Shown here piece after piece: positions 19,949-30,297 of a stretch of 64,000 nucleotides of DNA (position 1 is its first letter; the number at the start of each line of letters is the position of its first letter). Source of the DNA: an uncultured Bacilli bacterium (lineage in GTDB: Bacteria; Bacillota_I; Bacilli_A; RF39; UBA660); the NCBI GenBank assembly GCA_944359725.1, contig CALVSY010000006.1, forward strand, positions 1,876-65,875, read 5' to 3'. The notes beneath the pieces were generated by a model. The model saw only the letters and a program-made list of their open reading frames with translations, ran no database searches and had not been told where the DNA came from. The position numbers and the translations under genes were made by a program.

Positions 19949-21127
19949 TTATATTTTTAAATTATCTATTATATTGAAGAAATAATCTATTTCTTCTTCA
20001 GTATTATAAAATTGCAATGATATTCTTATTCCTCCTTTTTCTTTAACACTATTATATAATGGCTGACAACATTGATAACCAGAAGAAACGCAAATATTAG
20101 CAGAATCAGATAAAATTTTTGCAACATAATTTAGATTTAAATTCTTATTTTTTAATTTAAAAGTAAAAATTGGGGCATGATTTTTAGAAATCGGAAAAAT
20201 CAATTCAATATTTTTACTTGTTAATACTTTTTTATAAAAATAATCATTTAATTCCTTATTCCTTTTTGTAATATTGTCATAACCATACGATAAATAATAT
20301 CTTATTGCACTTGCAAACCCTAATATATTTTCTATTGCAGGTGTTCCTGCTTCAAAACAATATGGAATTTCTTTATATATAATATCTTCATTATTAATAA
20401 TCCTATCAACCATTCCACCACCATATTTTGCTTTTTTACACTTTAATAATAATTCTTTTTTACAATATATTATACCTAAGCCACTTGGTCCACACATTTT
20501 ATGAGCGGATAAAGTTAAAAAATCACAATCAATATCTTTTACATTTATTTTATAATGTGGTGCAAATTGACAACAATCCAGATTTACAAGAGCTTTATAA
20601 TTATGAGCTATTTTACAAATTTCTTTAATTGGTTGAACATTGCCTGTGACATTTGATAAAGCTGTTACACTTACTAATTTGACTTTATTTTCTTTTAATA
20701 ACTTTTCTAATTCTATTAAATTTATTGTACCATCATCATTTAAATCAACAGTTAATATATTCGCATTATTTAACCAAGGAAGAAAATTCGAATGATGTTC
20801 TAACATTGAACAAATAACTTTATTTTTTTTATTTATATTTAACATTCTTACAAGCTGATTTATTGAATCAGTACAATTTGAAGTAAAAATAATTTCTCTA
20901 GGGGAACAATTTAGTAATGTTGCAACAAGTTCTCTAGTTTCATCTATTTTTAACGAAACATATTCAGAATTAATATAACTACCTCTATACGCATTTGAAG
21001 TATATTTTGTATAAAATTCCGTAATACTATCTAGTACACTATATGGTTTCAAAGAAGTTGAAGAATTGTCAAAATAAATAATATTGCTTTTTAACATAGG
21101 AAAATCTTTTCTTATATCTTGTTTCAT
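19949..21127 (-). CDS. SufS-like PLP cysteine desulfurase / C-S lyase (class V aminotransferase)
   Basis: YFDNSSTS, EHHSN, SAHKMCGP, FEAGTP, SGYQCCQP. Confidence 0.88.
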   Translation of the reverse strand: MKQDIRKDFPMLKSNIIYFDNSSTSLKPYSVLDSITEFYTKYTSNAYRGSYINSEYVSLKIDETRELVATLLNCSPREIIFTSNCTDSINQLVRMLNINKKNKVICSMLEHHSNFLPWLNNANILTVDLNDDGTINLIELEKLLKENKVKLVSVTALSNVTGNVQPIKEICKIAHNYKALVNLDCCQFAPHYKINVKDIDCDFLTLSAHKMCGPSGLGIIYCKKELLLKCKKAKYGGGMVDRIINNEDIIYKEIPYCFEAGTPAIENILGFASAIRYYLSYGYDNITKRNKELNDYFYKKVLTSKNIELIFPISKNHAPIFTFKLKNKNLNLNYVAKILSDSANICVSSGYQCCQPLYNSVKEKGGIRISLQFYNTEEEIDYFFNIIDNLKI

Positions 21128-21130
21128 TGA

Positions 21131-22279
21131 TTATATTCCTCTTTTTAAAATGGAAAACTTTCCTGACATCTCTGGTGATATTTCTTCAACTTTACTAAAT
21201 GTTATTGAAATATTTAATCCCATATCTTTAAGTTTATTAGTTATATACTCTCTCTCTGATTCTAACATTTCAGAGTTATCGAATGTTATATACTTAAAAT
21301 TGCATATATTTTTATCAATAAAATAAAATTGATAAAGTAATATTTTGTTAGAAACGCTACTAATAATATCATCGAGCATTGAGAGCGATATTTTATTATC
21401 AATCAAATCTTTTTCTCTTCCAGCCATTTTACTTACAATTCCAACTTTGTCAAAGTTTTCGTATTCGTCTGATGTGGCTTGAACAAGGTCCCCAACTTTA
21501 TAATTTAAAAGTGGCATATATTCATTTTTATAGCTGTCTATTATTATTGAGTAAATATTATTATTTTTATCGTCATTAATTGGTAAAAGTTTTATATTAA
21601 TTAAATCTTTGCAAATACGCATTTTCCCTTTCTCATTCTCAAGGAAAACATATCCAAATTCAGTAGTCCCATATAAATTTCTGATGTCAGTTTTAAAATA
21701 ATTTGAAATATAGTTTCTAAGATTATCTGTAACATATTCATAACTTAACGTGATAATTGATGGAGTGAAAATTTTAGTTTTAATTTTGTATTTTTCTTTT
21801 AAATATAAAAATACTGCAAGATAAACTGGATCCGCGTCTAAATAATAAGGTTTGAAATAATTTATTTCATTTATTATTTCTTGCACATTCTCTTTTGTCC
21901 AATCCCAGGGATTAAAAGTATTATTTACATATAATGTAGTTCCGATAGTTCTCTCTTCCATTGACGGTTTTTCTACAAAGCATACCAAATTTGAACATTG
22001 AGCAGTTGTAAAAATAACTTTATGTAATTTTTCCTCCAAATATTTTTCTAATTTTTTTTCATATGAGTAAGTTCTTTTGTATTCATCTTTCCACCAATTT
22101 GGTTTTCTTATTATTTCCATTCTATCAGATGTCGTTCCAGAAGTTGTTGCATACTCATATTCTATGCCTTCTTTTATTTCAAAATTATGTGGAAAATTCG
22201 ATACTATATCTTTTTTGGTCAAATACTTATTAACTTGATTCTTATAAATTGGTAAACTTAAGATTGCTTTTTTATCCAT
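21131..22279 (-). CDS. Phenylacetate-CoA ligase / F390 synthetase-like adenylate-forming enzyme
   Basis: TTSGTT, YGTTEFG, MPLLNYKVGD, GREKD, SGKF. Confidence 0.82.
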   Translation of the reverse strand: MDKKAILSLPIYKNQVNKYLTKKDIVSNFPHNFEIKEGIEYEYATTSGTTSDRMEIIRKPNWWKDEYKRTYSYEKKLEKYLEEKLHKVIFTTAQCSNLVCFVEKPSMEERTIGTTLYVNNTFNPWDWTKENVQEIINEINYFKPYYLDADPVYLAVFLYLKEKYKIKTKIFTPSIITLSYEYVTDNLRNYISNYFKTDIRNLYGTTEFGYVFLENEKGKMRICKDLINIKLLPINDDKNNNIYSIIIDSYKNEYMPLLNYKVGDLVQATSDEYENFDKVGIVSKMAGREKDLIDNKISLSMLDDIISSVSNKILLYQFYFIDKNICNFKYITFDNSEMLESEREYITNKLKDMGLNISITFSKVEEISPEMSGKFSILKRGI

Positions 22280-22970
22280 TATTTGCCTCCTCTATGAATT
22301 TCTTTATAACATTAATATAATCACCATAGTTATTTAAGCATTTCTCTATATGTCCTTGAAATGCGACTATAAATATTTCATCAAAATATTCTATGGCTTC
22401 AATAACACCATCAGAAGCAGTGGCTGATACAACTAAAGATTTACCTAATTTATCTATTGCTTGATGATGCACCGAAGAAATAGTGTAATTAGTTTTAGAT
22501 ATTAATTTTTTTAACTTAGTATTATTTTTAATTTCTATTTCATGATAATTAATCCAACCATCCATACCAATTTTATGTTCTATTTTACTGCTATCAATAT
22601 TTTTTAAAGTGCCTCCTTCAGCAACATTTATTATTTGCAGTCCTCTACAAATACCTAATATTGGTTTCTTATTTTTTTTGAAGTAATTATATATTTCAAT
22701 TTCAAAATTATCTCTTGGATTCTTACTTTTTTGCCCTAAGTAACAATTACTAGAAACATCCTCGCCACCTATTAATAACAAAGCATCAAATTTATCCACA
22801 ATCGGTTTTAACGAATCAAATGTATTTGTATTTGGAATAATGATTGGAACACCACCACACCTATATATCATATTTAAGTAATCATCATTTACATTATGAA
22901 TTGGCTTTTTATATATTCCTTTTTCAATGTATTCTCTATTTGAAACTATCCCTATTATTGGTTGACTCAT
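22272..22970 (-). CDS. Gamma-glutamyl hydrolase, peptidase C26 (PuuD-like)
   Basis: GGEDV, LGICRGLQ, HHQAI, QGHIE. Confidence 0.88.
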   Translation of the reverse strand: MSQPIIGIVSNREYIEKGIYKKPIHNVNDDYLNMIYRCGGVPIIIPNTNTFDSLKPIVDKFDALLLIGGEDVSSNCYLGQKSKNPRDNFEIEIYNYFKKNKKPILGICRGLQIINVAEGGTLKNIDSSKIEHKIGMDGWINYHEIEIKNNTKLKKLISKTNYTISSVHHQAIDKLGKSLVVSATASDGVIEAIEYFDEIFIVAFQGHIEKCLNNYGDYINVIKKFIEEANNG

Positions 22971-23042
22971 TGTTTTCCTCCTATTCCATTATATACTGTA
23001 ACATTTATACTTTTTGGTTTTGCATTTGTTAATATTTTAAGT

Positions 23043-24488
23043 CTATTTCCTATTGAACTCTCTTATTCTTCTTTTCGCATACGTCGTAACTGCTTTGTCT
23101 TCCCAATCTTCTCTTGGACCAAATGATAAATCATCTGTTATTATTCTTACTCTATCTTTATTTTTAAGTGGCTTATCAACATCTACATACTCATCATTTA
23201 CGATAGCAGCTACCATGGTATTACCAATATCAGTATGTATTTTATAGGCAAAATCTATCGGTGTTGCACCTACCGGTAATTCAACTATTTCTCCTTTAGT
23301 TGTGTATACATATATTTTATTTGAGAATAATTCATTTTTCACTTGATAGACAAACTCTTTATTATCCCCAAAAACTTTATCCATTTCAACTAGTGATGTA
23401 AAAAATTGATATTTATCTTTTAGTTCTTGTTGCATAACTTCTCTTGCATTTCCTTTTTCAATATCCCAGTAAGTTGATAATCCAAACGATGCTACTTTAT
23501 CCATATCAAACGTTCTTATTTGTGTTTGTACTAATCTATCGTCTGGTGCAAATACGGTTGTATGAAGTGATCTGTACATGTTTGTTTTTGGATTGCATAT
23601 AAAGTCTTTAAACTTGCCATTTACCGGATTATATTTGCTGTGAACAAGTCTTAATGTTTGATAACAATTATTAACCGTATCAACCATTACTTTAAGCGCT
23701 AATAAATCATGTATGTCAGATATTTTTCCGCCTTCATTTAACTTTTTATATATTCCATATATGTTTTTAGTCCTTACCTTTATTTCATTTGGAATTGCTT
23801 CATCATCAAGCATACTTTGTATCGTTTGTAACATTTCTTTTAAGCATGATGCACTTTCTTCTTCAATCCTTGTTTTCTTTTCCCCAATCTTTTTATACAT
23901 ATCAGGTTTTAAATACCTAAGTGATAAATCCTCTAATTCTTGTTTTATTCTATATGCTCCAATGTAATATGCCATAGGAACAAATATCTCAAGTGTTTCT
24001 AGAGCATTTTCTTTTTGTTTGAATTCACTTTTAAACCCTAGCGTTCTCATGTTATGAAGCCTATCAGCTAACTTTATTAAAATAATTCTAACATCATTTG
24101 TTATACTCGTTATTATTTTTCTTGTGTTAGCTAGATTCTGATCTTGCTTTGATGAAAAGTTCATCTTACTTATCTTTGTTACTCCATCAACCAAGTTTGC
24201 AACATCACTGTTAAAATTCTCTGCAATTTCTTCTTTAGAAATATTAGTATCTTCTAAAGTATCATGTAAAAGACCTGCACATACCGTATCTGAATCCGCT
24301 CTTAATTCTGCTAATATGTAAGCTACATTTAACGGATGGATTATATAAGGTTCTCCGCTTTGCCTTTGCTGTCCTTGATGAAGTGTGTTTGCCATATTAT
24401 ATGCTTTTTTTATTTTTTCAACTTCATCTGGGTTGTATGATTTAATAATATCTATTAAATCATTAACATCTAAACTTTCTTTACTCAT
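23043..24488 (-). CDS. Short RelA/SpoT homologue (HD + synthetase-like + TGS; no ZFD or ACT)
   Basis: RQSGEPYIIHP, LLHDTLEDT, KLADRLHNMRTL, YRSLHTT, TPIDFAY.IHT. Confidence 0.9.
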   Translation of the reverse strand: MSKESLDVNDLIDIIKSYNPDEVEKIKKAYNMANTLHQGQQRQSGEPYIIHPLNVAYILAELRADSDTVCAGLLHDTLEDTNISKEEIAENFNSDVANLVDGVTKISKMNFSSKQDQNLANTRKIITSITNDVRIILIKLADRLHNMRTLGFKSEFKQKENALETLEIFVPMAYYIGAYRIKQELEDLSLRYLKPDMYKKIGEKKTRIEEESASCLKEMLQTIQSMLDDEAIPNEIKVRTKNIYGIYKKLNEGGKISDIHDLLALKVMVDTVNNCYQTLRLVHSKYNPVNGKFKDFICNPKTNMYRSLHTTVFAPDDRLVQTQIRTFDMDKVASFGLSTYWDIEKGNAREVMQQELKDKYQFFTSLVEMDKVFGDNKEFVYQVKNELFSNKIYVYTTKGEIVELPVGATPIDFAYKIHTDIGNTMVAAIVNDEYVDVDKPLKNKDRVRIITDDLSFGPREDWEDKAVTTYAKRRIREFNRK

Positions 24489-24509
24489 AAAACACCTCCT
24501 TTATATAAC

Positions 24510-24558
24510 AAAAAGGCAGCAACTCACAAGGTCATGCGACCTTAAAAGTTACTGCCTT
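24510..24558 (-). terminator. Intrinsic terminator/attenuator directly upstream of the Rel gene
   Basis: AGGCAGUAACU..AAGGUC-GCAU-GACCUU..AGUUGCUGCCU followed by a U-run. Confidence 0.7.
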
Positions 24559-24562
24559 AAAG

Positions 24563-24661
24563 TTATTTAATTAAGAAGCAGAATAAGCATAAGAAAATTA
24601 AGCTAACGAATTTGCTAGCTAAAAATATTTTATTATTAGAAAGCAAGCTTTTATTTCTCAT
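24563..24661 (-). CDS. Putative 32-aa leader peptide MRNKSLLSNNKIFLASKFVSLIFLCLFCFLIK
   Basis: AAGGAG SD; TTGACA-17-TAATTT promoter; stop codon 4 nt before the attenuator hairpin. Confidence 0.55.
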   Translation of the reverse strand: MRNKSLLSNNKIFLASKFVSLIFLCLFCFLIK

Positions 24662-24792
24662 GCTACCAACTCCTTAAAATATTTTAAATATAAATTACTC
24701 TTTATTTTAAATGCTGTCAAGTATTTTTTGACAATTTTTTCCAATTTTTTATTTTTTATTATTAATATTAGTAATTAATTTATATTTTTTAC

Positions 24793-25371
24793 CTACTTAT
24801 TAATAACCTCATTTAAAATTATCTCAGCTTTCTTAACAAAATAATTTCCCTTTTCATATGGTAAATCATACTCGTCAAATTCATTTATCATATCTTTTAT
24901 ATCTTCATATTTTTTATTTATGTACTCTGGTTCATCTTCCATTTCAATAAAAATATATTTATTATTTACAAGCTCTACTACTAACTCTGTTTTATCATTA
25001 CAATAAACAATACACTTATCATAAATCTTAAAAAGTGATTTATAACCAATCGCATTCATAAAATCAAGAGCTTTTTTGATATCAAAAACAGGGCACTTTA
25101 TTTTTCCTTGCTCTAATATATTACCATTATCATCATACTTTTTATATTTATATAGTAATTGCTTTTCAATTCCAACGATGTCTCTTATTAAAACACACTT
25201 GCTTAAAATTTCTAAATTACTCATCTTATTTAATTTCTGTTTACCATCTATTAAATAATCATCATTTATTTCATATTCTTCTTTAATTATAAAACCTTTA
25301 TCTTTTAGTATTTTATCTAAAGTTTTATAATCACAAGTTATTTTTACAGTTATTTCTTTTTCTAATTTCAT
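24793..25371 (-). CDS. CYTH (adenylate cyclase/triphosphatase-like) domain protein
   Basis: N-terminal EKEITVK motif and FIEME. Confidence 0.65.
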   Translation of the reverse strand: MKLEKEITVKITCDYKTLDKILKDKGFIIKEEYEINDDYLIDGKQKLNKMSNLEILSKCVLIRDIVGIEKQLLYKYKKYDDNGNILEQGKIKCPVFDIKKALDFMNAIGYKSLFKIYDKCIVYCNDKTELVVELVNNKYIFIEMEDEPEYINKKYEDIKDMINEFDEYDLPYEKGNYFVKKAEIILNEVINK

Positions 25372-25372
25372 A

Positions 25373-25921
25373 TTATAATCCTTTCATATATTTTAAATAG
25401 TCTTTATTTTTTCTTTTAACGAATTTATTAGTTTTATTTTTTAATTCATCCATAAGTTTTAATGCAACATTATATGCCATATCAAATTGTTTTTTATTAA
25501 TATCTTTATTTTTATATGCATTTATTAATTCTTTTTCATCTGCAAGCGATATATAACCACAGCATCCATTTGCATTTTTAGTGTGATATATAACATCTAA
25601 ATATAAATCTTCATAATAAATATCATCATTTTTTATTTCTATTTTATTTATAACATCAAAATAATACTCTAGTATTTTTCCTTTATCATTAAAAAATACT
25701 CTAACGTTATAATTTAAATTAGTTGGCGTATATTCTAATATGGCATAATCTTTATCTAGTATTGTTACTCTTTTACCATTTATAAATGCAGTGCAATCAT
25801 CTTTCATTTTAATAACGGATTTAATAGTAATATAACTTTTTAATTTTTCATCATATGTTTTAAATATTTTCTTTTTCGCAACTTCATTCATGTAAACATC
25901 ATTTAATTTTTTTATTTTCAT
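25373..25921 (-). CDS. DUF402-family protein
   Basis: YYFDVI, YEDLYLDV, DEKEL..A. Confidence 0.75.
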   Translation of the reverse strand: MKIKKLNDVYMNEVAKKKIFKTYDEKLKSYITIKSVIKMKDDCTAFINGKRVTILDKDYAILEYTPTNLNYNVRVFFNDKGKILEYYFDVINKIEIKNDDIYYEDLYLDVIYHTKNANGCCGYISLADEKELINAYKNKDINKKQFDMAYNVALKLMDELKNKTNKFVKRKNKDYLKYMKGL

Positions 25922-25973
25922 ATAAACACCACTCCTTTAAAAAAGAGTATCATTTCTTAATTACTCTTGTCAA

Positions 25974-26771
25974 TTAAGATCCAACTGATTGATATTTTTT
26001 CATGCCTAACTTAAAAGCTAAAAAGCATGGAATTAAATATATAAACACAATTAATGGTGAAAATGCATACAAAGCGTTATTACTTTTACCTATAAAGTAT
26101 AAAAGTGGATAATAATTAACAAATGCATATGGAATTATAAAGGTAAAAAATAATACGAATCCCTTTTTAAATACTCCTATTGGATATTGTGCCATGTGTT
26201 TGCCACCATCAGTAAATACGTTTCTTACCTCTAAACCTTGAATGGTTATAAAACAATAAGATGCTGCAAGTAAAAAGATTCCAAAGAAAATTACTACCGC
26301 ACTTATTATCATAAGAATTAAAGTAATTACTTTTAAAGGTGTTATAGTAACATGTAAATTAACTAGTGCAATAACCATTACGATAACCGCTTGAATAAGT
26401 CTTGATATTTTAATAAAGTCAGCATCTGATGATAAAACTTGAACGATTATGTTTTTAGGTCTTAAAAGAAGTCTATCAAAATCACCGGTAATTATTAACC
26501 TATCAAACTTATCTATACCTCTTGCAAACGTCTCACAAAAAGCATATCCGAATTGAATTATTGAAAAGCAAAGTAAAACTTCGTATAAAGTAAATCCTTT
26601 AATGTTATCAAACTTATCAAATAATGCAAGAATAATAAAATAGTATGAGAAGAAAACTATTATTTGAGATAAGAATGCTATTATAAAAGATGCTTTATAC
26701 TCTAGCATTGACTTTAAATGCATTGATAATGATTTTACATATAACCTCATATTAACCTCCTTGAATAACAA
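25974..26771 (-). CDS. ABC-2 type transporter permease
   Basis: GDFDRLLLRP, QYPIGVF, multiple TM segments. Confidence 0.88.
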   Translation of the reverse strand: MLFKEVNMRLYVKSLSMHLKSMLEYKASFIIAFLSQIIVFFSYYFIILALFDKFDNIKGFTLYEVLLCFSIIQFGYAFCETFARGIDKFDRLIITGDFDRLLLRPKNIIVQVLSSDADFIKISRLIQAVIVMVIALVNLHVTITPLKVITLILMIISAVVIFFGIFLLAASYCFITIQGLEVRNVFTDGGKHMAQYPIGVFKKGFVLFFTFIIPYAFVNYYPLLYFIGKSNNALYAFSPLIVFIYLIPCFLAFKLGMKKYQSVGS

Positions 26772-27555
26772 CTTTCTTAAGCGATTTTTTTAACACTATA
26801 ACTCCAATTAAGACAATTATAATAAACCAAACTATTTGAATTAACATTTGCTGTAATCCATCCGTGATTCCTATATTTCCTGAGTACAGTCTAAATGATA
26901 AATCACTTACGTATCTAAATGGAAGTATGTTTGCAACTACTTGTAAAAATGCCGGGAAAAACGGTATTGGAATAACTCCTCCAGATAGTATGTCCGCAAC
27001 TGCCATAAAAATGTTTGTTACGCCTTTTTCATTTAATGTACTAAGTGTTAATACGTGATACAAAGTATTAATAGATGTCATTAAAAGCACTCCAACAAAT
27101 AAAGTTATCAAAAACATAACAAAACTTAAAGGTGATGCTGGAAGACTAAGGCCATATGGATAAGGAAGTAAAAATGCAACTATAATTACTGGTAAAAACC
27201 TTAAGGCAACATTTGATAGTCTTTGTGCAATTATTTTAGAAAACCACATAAAATATATTTTTTTAGGTCTTAAAAGTTCGTAGGCAATATTACCATTTTT
27301 TATCATGTTAAAGATTTCATCATCTTTATAAAACATGTAAGTAAGTGCAAAAAGTGCTTGATTAAGCCACAAGTAGGATACTAACTCATTTATCTCCATA
27401 GGACCATTACTTGAACTTGATTCATAAAACGCTAAATAAACCATTATATATACAAGTCCAAAGAAAAGTTGTGTTGCTATTCCTGCTAATGCTGCTTTCC
27501 GGTACTGAAGTGATGTTATAAATCTAAGTTTAAAATAAGATAAGTAAAACCTCAT
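26752..27555 (-). CDS. ABC-2 type transporter permease
   Basis: GNIAYELLRP, LSGGVIPIPFFP, ends in VIQGG. Confidence 0.88.
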   Translation of the reverse strand: MRFYLSYFKLRFITSLQYRKAALAGIATQLFFGLVYIMVYLAFYESSSSNGPMEINELVSYLWLNQALFALTYMFYKDDEIFNMIKNGNIAYELLRPKKIYFMWFSKIIAQRLSNVALRFLPVIIVAFLLPYPYGLSLPASPLSFVMFLITLFVGVLLMTSINTLYHVLTLSTLNEKGVTNIFMAVADILSGGVIPIPFFPAFLQVVANILPFRYVSDLSFRLYSGNIGITDGLQQMLIQIVWFIIIVLIGVIVLKKSLKKVVIQGG

Positions 27556-28532
27556 ACGTTATACTCCTCATATAATTTAACGATTATGTTATCAATGTTT
27601 TCATTTTCTATTTCTACATCATCAATTGATATATTCTTAGATATTAAATTAAGAAAATCAGATATGTTTATTATCTTAGAGTCTATTGTAAATTTATAAC
27701 CTTCACTTATCTTTTCTTTTTTTATAATGCCTTTATTTTTTATGTCTATTTTATCTTTTGTATTAAACGTTATATATTTATTATTATCATACTTATTTTT
27801 AAGTGATTTTAAAGAACCATCATATAAAACGGTACCCTTACCTATTAAAATAATTCTTTTAGCAAGAGCTTCTATATCAGACATATCATGTGTTGTTAAT
27901 ATAACCGTTATTTTCTTTTCTTTATTTAACTTCTTAATAAAGTCTCTTACGATTGTTTTTGATACCGCATCAAGTCCTATCGTTGGTTCATCTAAAAATA
28001 ATATTTCTGGAGAATGTAAAAGTGATGCTGCGATTTCACAACGCATCCTTTGACCAAGACTCAGTTGTCTTACTGGTACGTTTATAAAATCTTTTAAGTT
28101 TAATTTATCAATTAATTCATTTTTTATTTTTATAAACTTATCATTTGGAATATCATAGACATCCTTTAAAAGATCAAAGGTGTCTTCTGCTGGAATATCC
28201 CACCAAAGCTGAGAACGTTGTCCAAATACAACCCCTATGTGTTTAACGTACTTATCCCTTTGTTCATATGGAATGAATCCCTTTACTTTACATACGCCAC
28301 TATCAGGTACCAAAATTCCACTTAGAATTTTAATCGTAGTAGATTTACCCGCTCCATTAGGACCAATATAACCTACTATCTCTCCTTTATTAATTTTAAA
28401 TGATACGTTTTTTATCGCATCAATTTTTTTGTAGTCCCTTTTAAAAAAAGACCTAATGGCATTTTTTAATCCACTAGGTCTTTGGGCTACCTTAAACTGT
28501 TTTGATATGTTATTAACATAGATAAGCGACAT
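27552..28532 (-). CDS. ABC transporter ATP-binding protein
   Basis: GPNGAGKST, LSLGQRM, LFLDEPT. Confidence 0.93.
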   Translation of the reverse strand: MSLIYVNNISKQFKVAQRPSGLKNAIRSFFKRDYKKIDAIKNVSFKINKGEIVGYIGPNGAGKSTTIKILSGILVPDSGVCKVKGFIPYEQRDKYVKHIGVVFGQRSQLWWDIPAEDTFDLLKDVYDIPNDKFIKIKNELIDKLNLKDFINVPVRQLSLGQRMRCEIAASLLHSPEILFLDEPTIGLDAVSKTIVRDFIKKLNKEKKITVILTTHDMSDIEALAKRIILIGKGTVLYDGSLKSLKNKYDNNKYITFNTKDKIDIKNKGIIKKEKISEGYKFTIDSKIINISDFLNLISKNISIDDVEIENENIDNIIVKLYEEYNV

Positions 28533-28668
28533 TTTTTATTCACCATCCTTTCTAATACATAGCAAAAAAGCCAGATATTTCTATCCAGTGGGTATAAAAT
28601 ATATAACTTTCTTGCAAAAACGTCACTTAAAATATACTATAAATAAAATAATAATACAATACGTTTAT

Positions 28669-30276
28669 TTAAATTTTTTTCTTATTTTTAAAATTATCAT
28701 AATTACCAACGTAACTTACTAACTTTTTATTTTCAATGTTAATTATTCTTGTTGCAACTTTATTTATAAAGTATCTATCATGAGAAATAAATAAAACGGT
28801 ACCAGAATAATTATTAATTGCTTCTTCCAGAACTTCCTTTGCATTAATATCTATATGGTTAGTAGGTTCATCAAGTATTAATACGTTATTATTCTCCTGC
28901 ATCAAGCAAAATAATTTTAACCTTATTTTTTCTCCACCGGAAAGTATACCTAATCTTTTAAATACATCTTGTTCGTAAAACATAAACTTACTTAAAGCAC
29001 TTCTTAGAATACTTTCATCACCATTAAAATAACGTCTTGCCTCATCTAATATACACTTGTTTTCATCATCAAAACTAAACTCTTGAGGAATATATCCTAC
29101 TTTTGCACTTTCTGAAATTTTTACATCTTTATTGTCCAATAAGTATTTTATTAAAGACGTTTTACCAGTTCCATTATTTCCAATAATGCATAACCTTTCT
29201 TTATAATATAATTCTAAACTAGAATCATTAATTAAAATATTATTATCAAAACTAATATTTATGTTTTTAGCAATTATAACATCTTTTCCCGATCTTTTAT
29301 TTACATCTAACTTAAGGGGTATTTTATTGTTTGGTTTAGGTTTATCTTTTCTTTCTAGTTTTTCTAATCTTTTTTCAATACTCTTTGCCCTTTTAAAAAA
29401 TGTTTCTCCTTTAGGATAAGCTTTTTTACCAAATTCCCTTAATTTTTTAATAGACCTTTTCATTGCTTCTATTTTCTTTTGCTGATCTTTATACAGAGTA
29501 AATTCTTTTTCTATTCTTTTTTCGTTTTCTTTAACAAAGTATGAATAATTACCATGAAATACGTTTGCTCTTCCGTTTTCTATTAATATTGTTTTACCTG
29601 CTACTTTATCTAAAAAATATCTATCATGTGAAACAATTAACACGGTTCCTTTATAATTTTTTAAATATTCTTCTAAGTATTCTAACATGTTAATATCTAA
29701 ATGGTTAGTAGGCTCATCTAATAGTAATATATCAGGGTTAGAAAGTAATAAAGAAACTAAATTAATTAATGTTTTTTCACCACCGGATAATATCTCATAT
29801 TTTAAGTTAAGTAATCTGCTGATATTAAAAGCTGATGTTATTTTATCTACTTTAGATGTTATTTCATAGCCACCGGCACTAATAAATTCATCTTGTAATT
29901 TCAAGAATTTATTTATAGCATTTATTTGTTTTTCTCCGGTTAAATAATTCATTTTTTCTTGATATTTATCCATCTTACTTTTAATCTTATTTAATTCATC
30001 AAAGCTTTTATATAATATTTCCTTAACCGTTAAAGAAAACAAATCTTTAATGGGTTCTTGAGTAAGATATCCTATCTTAGAATCTTTTTTAATAAATATA
30101 TAACCACTAGTTGGTAATTCTTGTTTTGTTATTAATTTTAATATAATTGACTTGCCACATCCGTTTTCTCCTACTAATGCAATTTTCTCTTGTGTTTTAA
30201 CTTCAAAACTTAATCTATCTAAAACGTTTTTAAAACCAAAGTTTTTAGTTACGTTATTTACACATATTTCCATCAT
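28669..30276 (-). CDS. ABC-F ribosome-associated ATPase (ARE/CplR-like)
   Basis: Two ABC domains (GENGCGKS, LSGGE, LDEPTNH twice), no TM segments; start at the ATG at 30276 after AAAGGAG. Confidence 0.85.
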   Translation of the reverse strand: MMEICVNNVTKNFGFKNVLDRLSFEVKTQEKIALVGENGCGKSIILKLITKQELPTSGYIFIKKDSKIGYLTQEPIKDLFSLTVKEILYKSFDELNKIKSKMDKYQEKMNYLTGEKQINAINKFLKLQDEFISAGGYEITSKVDKITSAFNISRLLNLKYEILSGGEKTLINLVSLLLSNPDILLLDEPTNHLDINMLEYLEEYLKNYKGTVLIVSHDRYFLDKVAGKTILIENGRANVFHGNYSYFVKENEKRIEKEFTLYKDQQKKIEAMKRSIKKLREFGKKAYPKGETFFKRAKSIEKRLEKLERKDKPKPNNKIPLKLDVNKRSGKDVIIAKNINISFDNNILINDSSLELYYKERLCIIGNNGTGKTSLIKYLLDNKDVKISESAKVGYIPQEFSFDDENKCILDEARRYFNGDESILRSALSKFMFYEQDVFKRLGILSGGEKIRLKLFCLMQENNNVLILDEPTNHIDINAKEVLEEAINNYSGTVLFISHDRYFINKVATRIINIENKKLVSYVGNYDNFKNKKKI

Positions 30277-30297
30277 AATATCATCTCCTTTAATACA

